DNA of 64,000 bases from Massalongia carnosa (Eukaryota). Below are positions 1 through 11,920 of the stretch, piece after piece; position 1 is the stretch's first letter; each line of letters starts with the position of its first letter. The stretch spans positions 992,001-1,056,000 of the forward strand of contig OZ287073.1 of the NCBI GenBank assembly GCA_965645245.1. The letters are read 5' to 3'. The notes below the pieces were generated by a model that searched no databases, was not told where the DNA came from, and saw nothing but the letters and a program-made list of their open reading frames with translations. The position numbers and the translations under genes were made by a program.

Positions 1-8
1 CATCCAAA

Positions 9-1552
9 GTGTACGAGCCGCAGTCATATAATCAGGCCATGCAATGCACTGACCATCGCAAATGGAAAATTGCTATTCAAGACGAATTAAATGCTCTCGC
101 CGCCAATAATACATGGAAATATGTTGAAAGACCAGCAGATAAGAACATCATCACCGCTAGATGGGTCTTCAAAGTGAAATACACCCCTACTAACCATGTT
201 GACCGCTATAAAGCACGATTAGTAGCAAGGGGCTTCAAACAAATCCCCGGGACAGACTATGGGGACACGTTTTCACCCACCCTAAGGTATGAATCCTTAC
301 GAATGCTCCTATATTTCGCATGTAAATATAACTTCCATATTGAGCAAATGGACGCACCAAACGCATACTTGCAAAGCTCCCTAGATGACGAAATCTATAT
401 GGAGCCTCCCCAAGGCTTGGTGCTTCCCCCACATCTGACGAACCATGTGTTGCGCGTTCTGAAAGGACTCTATGGTCTCAAACAATCTGGCCGAGGATGG
501 AATAAAAAGATAACCAATTATCTAACATCCATTGGTTTCAAAGCGCTCTCAGGAGACAATTGTGTGTTCGTTAATCACACTACCCACGTTATCATTAGCC
601 TTTATGTTGATGATTTTCTGATATTTTCCAAAAGCATGACAGCCATAAAGGAGCTCAAAAGTCTACTAATAAAGGAATATAATATGAAAGACTTAGGGCC
701 AGCAAAGTTCATCTTAGGGATTCGCATACGTCGCGAGAAAGACAAAATAATGATTGACCAATCATCTTACATTCGCAGCTTCCTGCAGAAATATAAGATG
801 GATAAAGCAAATTCAGTCCTTACCCCTATGATCAACTATGATGCATGCAGTCCTGCCATCGTCAACGAACCTAGGACAAACCAATTAGAATATCAAGAAC
901 GGATAGGGAGTTTGATGTTTTTGATGATCAACACGCGACCAGACATTGCCCAAGCAGTTGGAAAGCTTAGTCAATATACGCACGATCCAGCAATTAGGCA
1001 CCGAAACGCGGTAGACCATCTCATGAAATATCTGAATGGGACCACGAATTTGGCACTTACCTACGAACCCAATGACACCGGACCCACTAGTTATGCTGAT
1101 GCAGCGTATGGTGATAACCATGATAGAAAATCATCATATGGCCACGTTCTGATGCTAGGAAACGGGGCAGTTATATGGGCCAGTAAGAGGCAACGGTCAG
1201 TCGTCACATCCACCATGGAAGCAGAGTATTCTTCCATGTGCCAGGCTTCAAAAGATATAGTGTGGGCAACTAGATGGTTCGGAGAGTTGAACTCTCCAAA
1301 GATATGAACCTACCAATTATCCTAAATGGCGACAACCAGGGTACGCTCGATTTGATAAAAAACCCTGAGCACCATAGTCGGTCCAAACATATGGATATTC
1401 AGCTTCATTATCTTCGGGAGGTCGTTGAAGACAACTATGCCACTATACAGCACGTATCCACTCACGATATGGTGGCAGATATCTTCACTTAACCACTGGC
1501 GGCACCTATCTTTCGAAAGTTGCGCGAGAAATTAGGCCTAAGAGAGGCATAG
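9..1552 (+). pseudogene. copia pol (RT-RNase H), disrupted
   Basis: Frameshift near 1300, and an in-frame TAA at 1490-1492 where ADIFTKPL is expected; PLAAPIFRKLREKLGL follows the stop. Confidence 0.85.
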
Positions 1553-1670
1553 GAAGATGGAGGACGCTTCATCATAAGGCCACCTAAATTGACCACATAG
1601 GCCACACAAAATCAGATTGGAAACCGGCGTTTAGGATATTATTACTCACCTGGCAACTTTGCAGTGGGAG

Positions 1671-2010
1671 TGTTGTAATGTGCAAAGTCACCCGGCTGAT
1701 GCCTAGTAAAGTGTTCAGAGTCACATAGTACCGCATTGGGATTAGTGCGTTGGTAAGAACATTAGGCAACACATAACGACCTCGAGAAGCACCGCAAAAA
1801 CTTCTATGAACATTCCCATCGAGTCATAAATTGGATATGAGTCAATCACCAATCTTAGATTTCTAGGAAGCAGGAAGGTGAGTCATAGGGAGAACGGTTT
1901 TCGGCATGTTTTTCTATCTATATAAACACGGTCCTTAGATAGGTAGATAGAAAGATCAATCGTTTCAAAAGTGAGCTTTTTACTATGCCAGCAGAGCTTC
2001 AATTACAATA
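1671..2010 (+). repeat. 3' LTR of the copia element (~340 bp)
   Basis: Starts TGTTGTAAT right after the PPT and ends ATTACAATA (2002-2010), the inverted terminus with a CA>TA change. TATA-like TATATAAA at 1919-1926. Confidence 0.8.
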
Positions 2011-3392
2011 CATTCCAACGGATGTGTTTCCGGCGTAGCATCCTCGTCCTGCTTCCATATCTTGACTAATGACAGCTGTTAGCCAAGACGACAAACCGGT
2101 GAAGCAAAAGTAATCCAAATCCAAACTTACTGGTCTTGTCCGCTTCGCCGCAAATAAGTCTCAAGCCTGTGCGATCGAAGATGGAACTCATCAAGCCGGC
2201 TTCTGCGTCCAAAGATCCGGGCTGCGCGGTGGTGTCGAGCGATTGGAAACGGTGACCGGTTTTCCAGTCCCAGAAACCAATGGAGCCATTGTCGCCTATG
2301 AGTTTTGGTCTGTTAGCGGTAGATTTGGTTGGCTAGGAGCTTAGCGTAAGTTAACATACCTCCTGAGAAGAGAACATTATCCTCATTCACAGCAAGGGTG
2401 TTGATGATGGCATTCTGGCCGTCGAAATTCTGCATGAAGGCCCCTTCTGGGCACTTCCACTGTTTGATGCTACCCGTGCTCGCGCTAGCGAAAGTCCACT
2501 CGGTAGGATGAACGGCCAGCGCCCGAACACCCTTCTTGTGGTGAGTGAGCGTCGCCAAGGTCTTACCGGCCGCAAGGTCCCACAGCCGTACCGTCGAGTC
2601 GAGAGAGGAGCTAATTACTTGAGGGTCGGTTTCCTGGCACTTGACGTCGGTGACGGTTTGCTTGTGGCCGCTGAGAACGTGGATGTTGCTCCTGGTTCTC
2701 ATGTCCCAGACACGGGCGACGCCGTCGCGGCCTCCGGTCACTAATACATCGAGAGTCGGGTGTAGGGATAGGGTGTAGACGCCGCTGAGATGACCGTGGT
2801 AGTGGCGGATCACTTTGTTTGTTTCCAGGTCCCAGCATTTAACCATTTTATCTTCGCCGCATGAGAAGAGATAGGGATGTCTTGGTGACACGGCGAGGCC
2901 GCGGACTGTGGAAATATGACCGGTTAAAGTGAGCTTGAGAGACCCGGAGGCAAGATCCCAGATTTTTATCGTTCTGTCTCCTGCTCCACTAGCGAACCAT
3001 TGGTTGCCCGGCTCTATAGCAAGACTTCTAACCCACCCGAGATGACCAGAGATCACTCGGAAAAGCTTCCAAGGGGCGTGCCATTGGGGTTTGGGGGTTC
3101 GAAAATTCTCTCTCCGTGCAAGACTCGAGGAGCTTGACAGCGGGGGCTTTTGACTCAAATTGCTTCGTATCGATAGCGCAGTGGATCTACCTTCTTTTTT
3201 CTCCCCCTTTAGTAGTATTTTTTGGCCCGAGGAAATTTTGACAGCTCGTGCCTCGAGTTCTGCAATGTCACCATATTCGCTCCTTTCTCGATACGACTGA
3301 GCTATCTTGCTAAAATTCATGTCAGGAACGCCGTAACTATCTCCAAACAATTCCCGAGTTCGCCTGGCATTTTCCAAGATACGAGCGTCCAT
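1983..3392 (-). CDS. PRP46: Pre-mRNA splicing factor Prp46/PLRG1 (WD40, NTC); C-terminus derived from the LTR
   Basis: [22 protein letters not shown] plus WD40 repeats. Introns ~2296-2359 and 2066-2130. Spliced end reads [31 protein letters not shown] (TAG 1983-1985). A small extra 5' exon upstream of 3392 is possible. Confidence 0.93.
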
Positions 3393-3582
3393 GGCCTTAA
3401 AGCAGCGATTAGCAGGCAGAAGTTGGTGTAATACTTAGAGGAGAAACAAAACGGTACTCTGGGTTGTAGGTCCGATTTACGATGCTAAGCCTATTCGGCT
3501 CGATTACAGCACATAACTATCGCAAAGGCTCTAAATGATACAGATACCTTACCCGCGCCTCATCAAACTCATCTAATAAATT

Positions 3583-4962
3583 ATGGATATAGAACAGGCA
3601 AAATTTGCAATCCACGAAGCAGCCCGAGAAGGAAGAAGTACCCTCCCTCCCCCGAATAGCAACTCCAGATGTAAGGTTAATAGTCTTCACTCCAGCGGCG
3701 GCGGTGGAATCTTTACTCAATGTAGGCTACCTACATCCTTCCTTGCTGAAGCAAAACTCAAACCAGGACTGCCCATCATAGGGAAATCCCCGTCTAGTCA
3801 CAAAACGCGACGATGACGACCGGCTGCCCATACATTGGGCAGTGTCCTACAACCATCTTCCCATAGTTGAATTGCTAGTTTCTCGCAGCGATTTCAGTCC
3901 CGATGTTCAAGTATGTTGCTTTCATTTTGAAGCAATTCCTTGGGAGGCATAACTTTTGACGTGGAAACTCTTCTTGCTGGATCAGGCTGACATGATGTAT
4001 TCGCAAAGGATGGTTCCGGCTGGACGCCGCTGATGATAGCATCCAGTTTGCGGGAAGGTGACGATGTAGTGGATATACTGCTGCAAAAAGGCGCGGACGT
4101 GAACATGAAAAGTCCATCTCCCCTCCTCTATTTTCTCTATTATAGTACTACTCTTCGATCACTCTATACTACGAATCCAGCATCCATACTAACAGCATCC
4201 ACTTCGGCGCCCTAACAGATCACAATGGCCAGGTACCCCTCCCCTTGTCTCCCAACCACAGCACACCCCCTTATCTCCCTTATCTCCCTTATCTAACCGC
4301 TCTAACAGACAGCCCTCCACTTTAGTGCCTCGAAAACTACCCTTGCTACCGCCCGCAAACTCCTCGCTCACCTAGCCTCCACCGGCATAAAAGACAAACG
4401 CGCCACCCTCCCCCTCCACCGCGCCGCCGCCGTCGGTTCCGTCCCCATGCTGAAACTCCTGCTCGAGCATAAATCACCGCTGAATGCGGCAGATGCAGCA
4501 GAGCTGACGGCGCTACATCATGGTGAGCACTTTCAACTTTCTATTCAGGCCTTCTTCGACGCCAGGTAGGGGAGCGGATATAGGTCATTGGCTTGGGGAC
4601 TAATCAGAAACTGCGTTGAATGACAGCCATCTCCGAAGGCCACGGTGATGCAGCCCTCATGCTGCTGAAAGCGGGTGCGGAGACAGACTTGAAGGATGGA
4701 GAGGGCCAACTGGCGATTGATCTAGCGCCCGACACGAAGGTTAGCAAATCCAGCCTATTTTTCTTCCATCCCCCTCCCCTTTATTTCCCAACGCCTGCTT
4801 TTGTTTTCAGTGCCAGACTCTTGCAGCCACGAAAACTAGACCAAATAAAGGAAATCTCGAGAGAAGTGCATTAGATTTTCCTGGCTGATGTAGCTTCGAG
4901 TATGGTAGATACGGAAATTTATCATCCAGGCCGCCGAGCGGGAGGGGATAGATCTCGCTTAA
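3583..4962 (+). CDS. NAS6: 26S proteasome assembly chaperone Nas6/gankyrin (ankyrin repeats), multi-exon
   Basis: Spliced reading: MDIEQAKFAIHEAAREGR..DDDDRLPIHWAVSY..DGSGWTPLMIASS..NGQTALHF..LPLHRAAAVGS..AISEGHGDAALMLLKAGA..IRKFIIQAAEREGIDLA* (TAA 4960-4962). Includes a 14-nt microexon at 4219-4232. Confidence 0.88.
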
Positions 4963-5118
4963 ATGACGCAAAAAAAAATCAAAGTCATCACAAGAATAGA
5001 AAAAGATCCTATCCCGGCCGACAAAGACCTTGGTGTGTCCTGGTAGATGTTCACCTACCAAAAACAATAGCTTAAAATGCTCCCATTAACCCCCAACCAA
5101 GCCCTCTCAATCCAACCA

Positions 5119-8003
5119 CTATCGCAAAGTCCTCTCGACCAACTCGCGATACAGCCCTTTCAAGTCCACTACATCCGCCTTCAATTCCTCCACCTCTTCG
5201 CTCTTCTCCCCCAGCATCTCCAACGTAGTCAAATACCTGTCCTGCACACCCTGCAACTCCCTCTCCAGTGTGCTGGCCCTCTCATCCGCCGCTCGCTTCC
5301 CCTCCGTCTCGCGCATCAATGCAAACACTTGCTCACGTGCCTCGTCTCGTTGTGCCGAGAGCCGTGCCAACTCCTCGCGCGAGGTCGCCTTTTCGCTTTC
5401 GAGCCGGCGTACGGCAGCGCTCATGCGCTCGACTAGCTGCACCGAGGGGCCAGCGCCTGCGGTGGAGCCGGAGATCATGTCGTTAATGGTTCGGTCGGGG
5501 GTGGCGGGTGTCCGGGCACCACCTTCGTCGAAGAACTCGTCGTGGTGGATGTCCGCAACAATGGAGGGCGGTTGCGGAACGACGCCGTTAACAGAAAGCT
5601 GAGGCACGAAGGGGAGAGATTCCTGTCGAGGAGAGGATGAGGGTCGGAATTCTGAAACGTAGGACTGCAAGGGCTGCGTGGAGGAACGTCGACTGAGAGG
5701 GCGGTCGAGTATTGGGTTGCCGTTCGCTGTGATAGCGAGGCCGTGCGGGCGCCTGCTGCTGCCGCCGTGCGGGCTAGCTCGCTCAGGAATAGAACCTTTG
5801 CGGTGATTTACGGTCATGGCTATTGCAGGGGGTGATTCGGTACGGAACTGTTGGTAAAGAGTTTCGGGGGTGTGGTGGGCGCTGGAATCATTTGCCTGGC
5901 GGGCTTGTTGTTGGCGGGCCTCGGATAAGGCTTCTCGTACGGCTTGAAGGTCGCGTTTAGAGGCGGCGAGCTCAGCTTCGGCGTTGTTGAGGTTGACGTG
6001 GAGGCTGGCGAGTTTCGCAGCTTGGACCTGCAGCTTGCTATGGGTCTCTTCATATTTGGCGGCGGTTTTATCGAGTTCTTCTTCCAGGCGCCTGGATTTG
6101 ATGTTCTGTGCTGTGTCAGCCAAGATGATACCTGCGTGTACTATCAAGAAATTCGAAGAGTTTCTACCGTCTCTCTTGCCTTCCTACGCATATCTCCCTC
6201 CCTCTTTGTGACCTCGTCCCTCTCCCTCTCCAGCGCTGTTACTCGTGCTAATAATGACCCCTCAATCCCCTGCCAGTTCTCACTTGCGACCGCGTACTGG
6301 TTCTGCAATGTCTCAATTTGCCGGAGGAGTTGTGCGTGCACGTCGCTGCTCGTGCCGGCCGAGGCTTCCTCAACGCGGGCGCGGAACGCTTCGAGTCTAC
6401 TTTCGATGATCTGGTGTCATTGCATGCCGTCAGGTTTGATTCTCAATAAGGGTTGGTGACATGGCCACGGTTCTCCACGTGTTGTAAGGCTAAAAAGGGT
6501 TCGACTTTAAGATTTTGCTTACGTTTTGTTCTCCCTGGCGCTCGATATCAAGAATCCTAGCGCGCTCTCGCTCACGGTCAAACCGGTCCTGAAGGTCCTG
6601 CAGTTCGGTCCGATGTTGCCTATCGCTCAATTCTTTTTCTATCCTCAAATTAGCAAGTTCATCTCTCAAATCGGCTGTAAGCTGCTGCTGAAGTTCTAGC
6701 GCATCCGCGTTTGCTTTGCTTTCGGCTTCTCGCGCGAAAGATGTTGCTTCCACGAGCTGCCTCTGAAGATCTTGGATAAGGATGGCTTTAGCTTCTCGAT
6801 CTGCCCTAACGTTTTCTAGTTCCTTTTCAACCTTTGGCAAAGCTTTGCTCTTCTCAGCGGCTCGGCGTTCGGCTGCCTCAGCTCGCTTCGCACGTTCTTG
6901 CGCCTCGAGAGCGGCCTTTTCGTGCTTCTCTGCTGTTCTTCTTGTTTCTACCAGCTTGGTCTCATCTTCTGTGGATTTGGCTCGTAGCTTTTTGATGATG
7001 CTCATATGTTTCAACTCGTTTTGTGAGAGCTTTTGACCTTCTTCTATCAACAATACAATTTTTTCATCCTTTGCTGCTAACTTGTGTTCAGCTGTGCCGG
7101 TGTTTGCTTCCGAGAGAGCAGACTTAGCAATCCCAGCTGCTTCTTTGGTCAGATACTGCAATTTAGATTGAAGGGTGTCTATTCGCTCCAGATAGTCGTG
7201 CGTCTCTTCTTGACGCCGTAGTTCTGCTGCCTCATTATCTGCGCGCATCTGTTCTATTGTTTGTTCGTAGTATTCCACGGGCTTTGAGTTCGGGCCATGC
7301 TCAATTGCATCTAGTCTATGGGAATCTAACGCCCTCGAGGAGGTTCGGGTCAACTCTAAAGATGTACGGGCTGACGTTGAGATGTGAGAGTCTATTGAAC
7401 GGCGCGATATAGTAACTTCCTCTCCCTCGGGACTTGGAAATGCCGCCGAAGGCACCTGTTGAGAGCGTATTTCCACCTGAGTCCTATCCGAATCCCCAAT
7501 CCCATGATTTGGAAGCGTCTCCTGTTGATTTTCTTGCTGGTCCTTGCTATCTTCAGCCTTCAAATCCGAGCTGATCCGTGGATTTGCGGCTACGTTCGAA
7601 GGACTAGCTGTCCGTGAGGGAACGCCTGAAGAGGTCACTGACCCATCACCCTTCCGTGCTAGATTCCGATTTGCTACTGCTTTTACTAATCGCTCATTAA
7701 GGCGATCTTGGGCTTTGCTGGTCGAGACTGGTCGGGATGGGCCTTGACAGTTGTCAGCTACTGCTTTGAGGTTTAAGACTCAGTGAACTTGAGCACCATA
7801 CTATTTGCTCTAGGTTTTGTTGCGGGAATAGCCATAGAGTCCTTCTTGCCCGGTTGTTCCTGCGTTCCTCCATTTCCTATAGCCTCACGGGTAGATGTGC
7901 TAACTTCATCTGCTAGAATGGTATCGAGTTTCGATTCCACTCCGGCCAGAAAAGAGCCCCATCTTGATGTAGTTTTCGACGCTGTAGATGGTGGTGATGC
8001 CAT
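5119..8003 (-). CDS. SGM1: Golgin Sgm1/TMF1-like coiled-coil protein (TMF DNA-binding and TATA-binding domains)
   Basis: N-terminus RWGSFLAGVESKLDTIL; central KDEKIVLLIEEGQKLS; C-terminus GPSVQLVERMSAAVRRLESE...LEMLGEKSEEVEELKADVVDLK. The ORF pieces are joined by three GT-AG introns. Confidence 0.85.
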
Positions 8004-8956
8004 GTCAGTCCCAGATTTGAGAATGCTGCGTTGCCTGCTGGATCAGACGCATGATGAAGAGTTACAAGGCATTGGAATCAAAGCCTCGATGGGTAGGCAA
8101 GTTTTGACGTTCCACGGCAGGTTTCATATGCCTCGTGAGTCTGGGATATATTCCTATTTTATACTCTGACTGTCCCCCTCAGAGCCATGATATCGCAGAG
8201 AATTTACTAGATATTTATGATTGCGAGTAGAGTTACGCGTACACACGGAGATACGTGGTCGTTAAATAGTGGCATTAAGGTTGGTCAACAATCGATATAC
8301 CTTTAGGAACTGGAGGTTTTCGTCGTGAAGCTATTGCTTGCTTACGTTTTCTAAGCACTAACTTAGCGCTGCCTAGAAGGGCTGAGTCGCATTACTAGCG
8401 ATCTTTCTTTGCCGCCCCAATCCTGTCATCACACGGCAGTTACTCTGTAACGAGGTACTCCGTACGTGCATCGCCTTCCTTATTACAGAGTACTCTATAG
8501 CGGTTATTCACTTAATTAATTCAAGCCTTTTTCTTCAAAACCATACATTGGTAGCTTGTAATAAGCTGATTAAGGATCCTTGGGAAGGTTTGCTCCGGAG
8601 ATAAGTGTTGAGTGAGCAACTTGCTTAAATGCGCAAATAGCTCTGTCAAGTCTATCTACGAGTAGATTTCTGGCTGAGAGGGAGAAGCTGGGTTTGAAAC
8701 CCAGAAAGAGAACAACAACAATGATGGGAGAAAATACTGGGTACGCGAGGGACTAAAACAAGCAACGTTATCATTCGCTAATCATGAAACTTTAAAACGC
8801 AAGATTTGCTCCGTCATGAAGTTCTCAGGCATCACCTCCAAGTCCTGAACATAGCAAGTCGAAGAATAGCGAGAAAGCATCTTGTAGAATCTATAGCTGT
8901 CCCGATTCCAAGCTCGAGCTTTGGTTCAATCTTGTCAAATCACCCTCCCAGCCAAC

Positions 8957-10318
8957 TCACGTAAACATCCAAGACCGAGACGCCGACCGTTTCCGAACAG
9001 GTGATTTCTTCCTTACCAGCAGCAGATTGTCGCGCTCTCGTTTTAGCTCCACGGTTGTGTTGGTAAGCAAGCGACCTTCGCGCATTTTGCGTGTGTGCTC
9101 GAAGAGCATGTCCTGCTCGTGCTCGGGGATCCAGCGTTTGATGACGATATAGTTGGTATCTCTCTGTAGAGACATGTGAGTAAGATAACTGTGTGCTAAA
9201 CAAACCAGATGCTTTTGAGCATCGGATGGAGGAGCATTACTCCACTTGGCAATTGGTAATTGAAAGAGGACGGAGATAGATGGAAACAGAACATGCAAAG
9301 CAACTACTAAAGGAGAAAGACTTACGTCGTCCCACTCCCATGGCAAATCGTAGGCGTCTAAAGTGTCAGGACTCAAATGTTTCCGGTGCACTTTAATGTA
9401 CGTAGGTCGTGTAAGGTCCATTATTTTCATTTGGCCAGAATTTCCGCCCTTCTCCTTCTCAAGAATACGCTCGATGCTCTTGTCCGAATACCCGGCTTTG
9501 CCAAATGTAGCCTTGACTCGCTCTCGAAAGGCCTTTTCAGCCTCCTCCTTTTCTTTCTTTTCTTTTTCTGCTTTCTCCTTCTGCTTTGCGTTGTATTCTG
9601 CAATCAAGGCGTCTTTCTCCTTCTTCTCTTTAGCCTCCTTCTCCTTTTGCTTTAAATTATATTCTGCAATCAAGTCGTCTTTCTCCTTCTTTTCTTTAGC
9701 CTCCTTCTCCCTCTGCTTTAGGTTATATTCCGCAATCGCCGCCTTCGTTAATTCCTCCTCCCGCTTCTTCCTCGCTGCCTTCTCTGCGTCCTTGACAAGT
9801 AGCTCCTCTTCATATCTCTTACGTTGCCTTGCTTCCTCCTCTTTCTTCTCTAGATCCTCCAACTTCCGCAACTTCCTTTCCATATCGAGGTCGAAATATG
9901 GCGACGGGCTCCTGCTCTCATGCCTTTCATGGCGATGCCGAACTCTTGATCGCTGCCTGCGCTCCCGCTCCCGCCTAGGAGGGCTGTGGGCACGGTCATC
10001 CCAATCGTCATCCTCAAAGCGCGGTTCATGATGTACGCTTCGCCGTCGTGGGGCTTGCACAGGCGAATGGTCTTCCCGCTGCGAATTGTTGATGATAATC
10101 TGCGTCGGGGATCGTCGACCATGACCCGAAACGGATGTGGAACGTTGAAGACCCCCAGGTCCGAGAGCGGCCGCCGGGATTAAAAGACCGTTGTGGTCCT
10201 GGACGAAGACGGTCTGTCGGTTCATGTGTTCACTGCCGTGACGGTTTCGTAGACGCCCCGGGCGACCGGTAAGAACGACCGGCACCCCATTTATAACATC
10301 GTCACCTGGCCAGTTCAT
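8957..10318 (-). CDS. Conserved fungal protein of unknown function: R/E/K-rich coiled coil plus C-terminal PTYIKVHRKHL...YDLPWEWD...IKRWIPE domain
   Basis: Long ORF whose first ATG is at 10318. Intron 9164-9325 (GTAAGT..CAG, 162 nt) splices WEWDD to RDTNYIVIKRW. Confidence 0.8.
   Translation of the reverse strand: MNWPGDDVINGVPVVLTGRPGRLRNRHGSEHMNRQTVFVQDHNGLLIPAAALGPGGLQRSTSVSGHGRRSPTQIIINNSQREDHSPVQAPRRRSVHHEPRFEDDDWDDRAHSPPRRERERRQRSRVRHRHERHESRSPSPYFDLDMERKLRKLEDLEKKEEEARQRKRYEEELLVKDAEKAARKKREEELTKAAIAEYNLKQREKEAKEKKEKDDLIAEYNLKQKEKEAKEKKEKDALIAEYNAKQKEKAEKEKKEKEEAEKAFRERVKATFGKAGYSDKSIERILEKEKGGNSGQMKIMDLTRPTYIKVHRKHLSPDTLDAYDLPWEWDDVSLSPLVVALHVLFPSISVLFQLPIAKWSNAPPSDAQKHLVCLAHSYLTHMSLQRDTNYIVIKRWIPEHEQDMLFEHTRKMREGRLLTNTTVELKRERDNLLLVRKKSPVRKRSASRSWMFT
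9540..9740 (-). repeat. Coding tandem repeat, 3 x 66 bp (22 aa, (A/L)IAEYN(L/A)KQ(R/K)EKEAKEKKEKD-like)
   Basis: ATTC(C/T)GCAATC recurs at 9595, 9661 and 9727. Confidence 0.9.
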
Positions 10319-11920
10319 GATGAATGTAGCAAAGCTGGGAAGGATGCAAGATTTGTGTCCTGCTAAATTCACACGACTGCCAAGCAAACCAGATGCAAAA
10401 TAGAATGATTGGAACAATAGCAGACCTTAAAACACGAAGCCAGGAGGAATGAAAGGCTTATATAGAAATATTGCAAGGAATGATGATTCAGCTGTGCGGG
10501 CTATCCATCTACTTTATGTATCTAGTGACTGGCACGGGGTGACCCCTTCTTGTCCTTCATACTTTAAAGTTTGGGGGCCATTCCAACCGACAGAATCACT
10601 TGACGCTAAGCACAACGAATCGAATTAATTGCGTCGGCCCTATGCATGTTCTAACGTAGGGTAAAGAGATCCGAGTGCTTTGGCGCTTTTGATTTGGTGC
10701 CGTTGTCGGCTGATAGCGGTGTGTTGAGTTCAGCTACAAGTTCACATCCTTGAATTGTTACACCTTGCCGCATTGAGCGCATGAACTAAACAGGGGGAGT
10801 TGGGGTTTTAAAAGATCGAGTTGCGTGATAACTATTACTCTGGCATTTCTAAGAAGAAAGCAGAATACGTAAAGCGCTTCTTGTTGAATGGATGCTCATC
10901 CCCAATCGATCGCTATGCGCCAGTTTCATGATCTTAAGTAAAATTAGCTTGGCTTGAAGGGCATAAGCCCTAGTATCATACAAGGGTGTGGGGGCCTAAC
11001 TTTTGGTTCGGAGAATACCGCCTAAAGGATTACGAGTACTTCATGAAGGAATATCCGAGACTTTGATGTCATACGCAATTATCCGCCCATAATTCTGACG
11101 CTGCTGCCTTGTCGATTTATTACTTGCCGCATTAGGATTACAAATGCTAGTCGCACTTGCATATACCTTTAGAATATCATCGTCGACATAGATACTTCCA
11201 TATGAGATGAAACGCTATATCAAGAGCGCTTCCGTGGCTAAACTGGGCGCTGTTACAAGAGCACACCAGCGGCCAATCATGACCCTGATATACAGAGTTA
11301 CCGCAGACAATCCCTTACGCTGCAAACCTAGGGCAAGAGGACCAGGGCAAAACCCAGCGAAATGCCCAATCTTGGGTTGGTAATTCCCCAAACAAAACAT
11401 CTCTGAAACAAGCCTCAATGAACAGAGTTCGTCTATAACAATAGATTTCCCAGATGAGAACCCCATATGCCAACGCAGCAGTTGGTCCATGCTTGTCTCC
11501 TCGCTTGCCGTGAGCTAATCTCTTCACATAAACCTGAGGACAGCTCGGTTCACCATTCTACGTAGAACCAAACACTACGTATCTCCTGTAGTCATAACCT
11601 ATCATGCAATCGTTTTTCTTCTTTCCATCCTAGCATCACTGTCATCATCAACCCAACTTCCTGATCAGGTTCATCTTTTGTAAGTGATAAACTGTAGTTT
11701 TTCATCCTTCAAGTCTGTTATCCTTACAGCCCAGGCCATACCAATCCACTTGGGTGAGGCAAACCAGCGGAGTTGTATTCTACTCCAGCTTCTGTGTCAA
11801 TTTTTGCAGCTGAAGAATCAAACCGTAAAGATGCCGGCAAGAGCTGAAGCCTAAGGGAGCAGCGGTGAGACAGCCGTATCAGCGGGAATACTTCACGGCA
11901 TCCAACTTGATAGATAACTC

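Larger units (their letters stand above)
1..2010 (+). mobile_element. Ty1/copia LTR retrotransposon, 3' part (RT, RNase H, PPT, 3' LTR); 5' part lies outside the window
   Basis: ORF 9-1307 has copia RT motifs (KARLVARGF, LYGLKQSGRGWN, YVDD) and the RNase H start (YADAAY, TMEAEY). RNase H continues in another frame at 1274-1492 (DNQG, KHMDI, ADIFT). PPT GCAGTGGGAG at 1661-1670 is followed by TGTTGTAAT at 1671. Confidence 0.95.

Noticed and set aside
5077..10183. Long antisense ORFs over SGM1 and the coiled-coil gene (e.g. 5944-6459, 9363-10031)
   Set aside because: Expected shadow ORFs opposite E/K/R-rich or GC-rich coding sequence.
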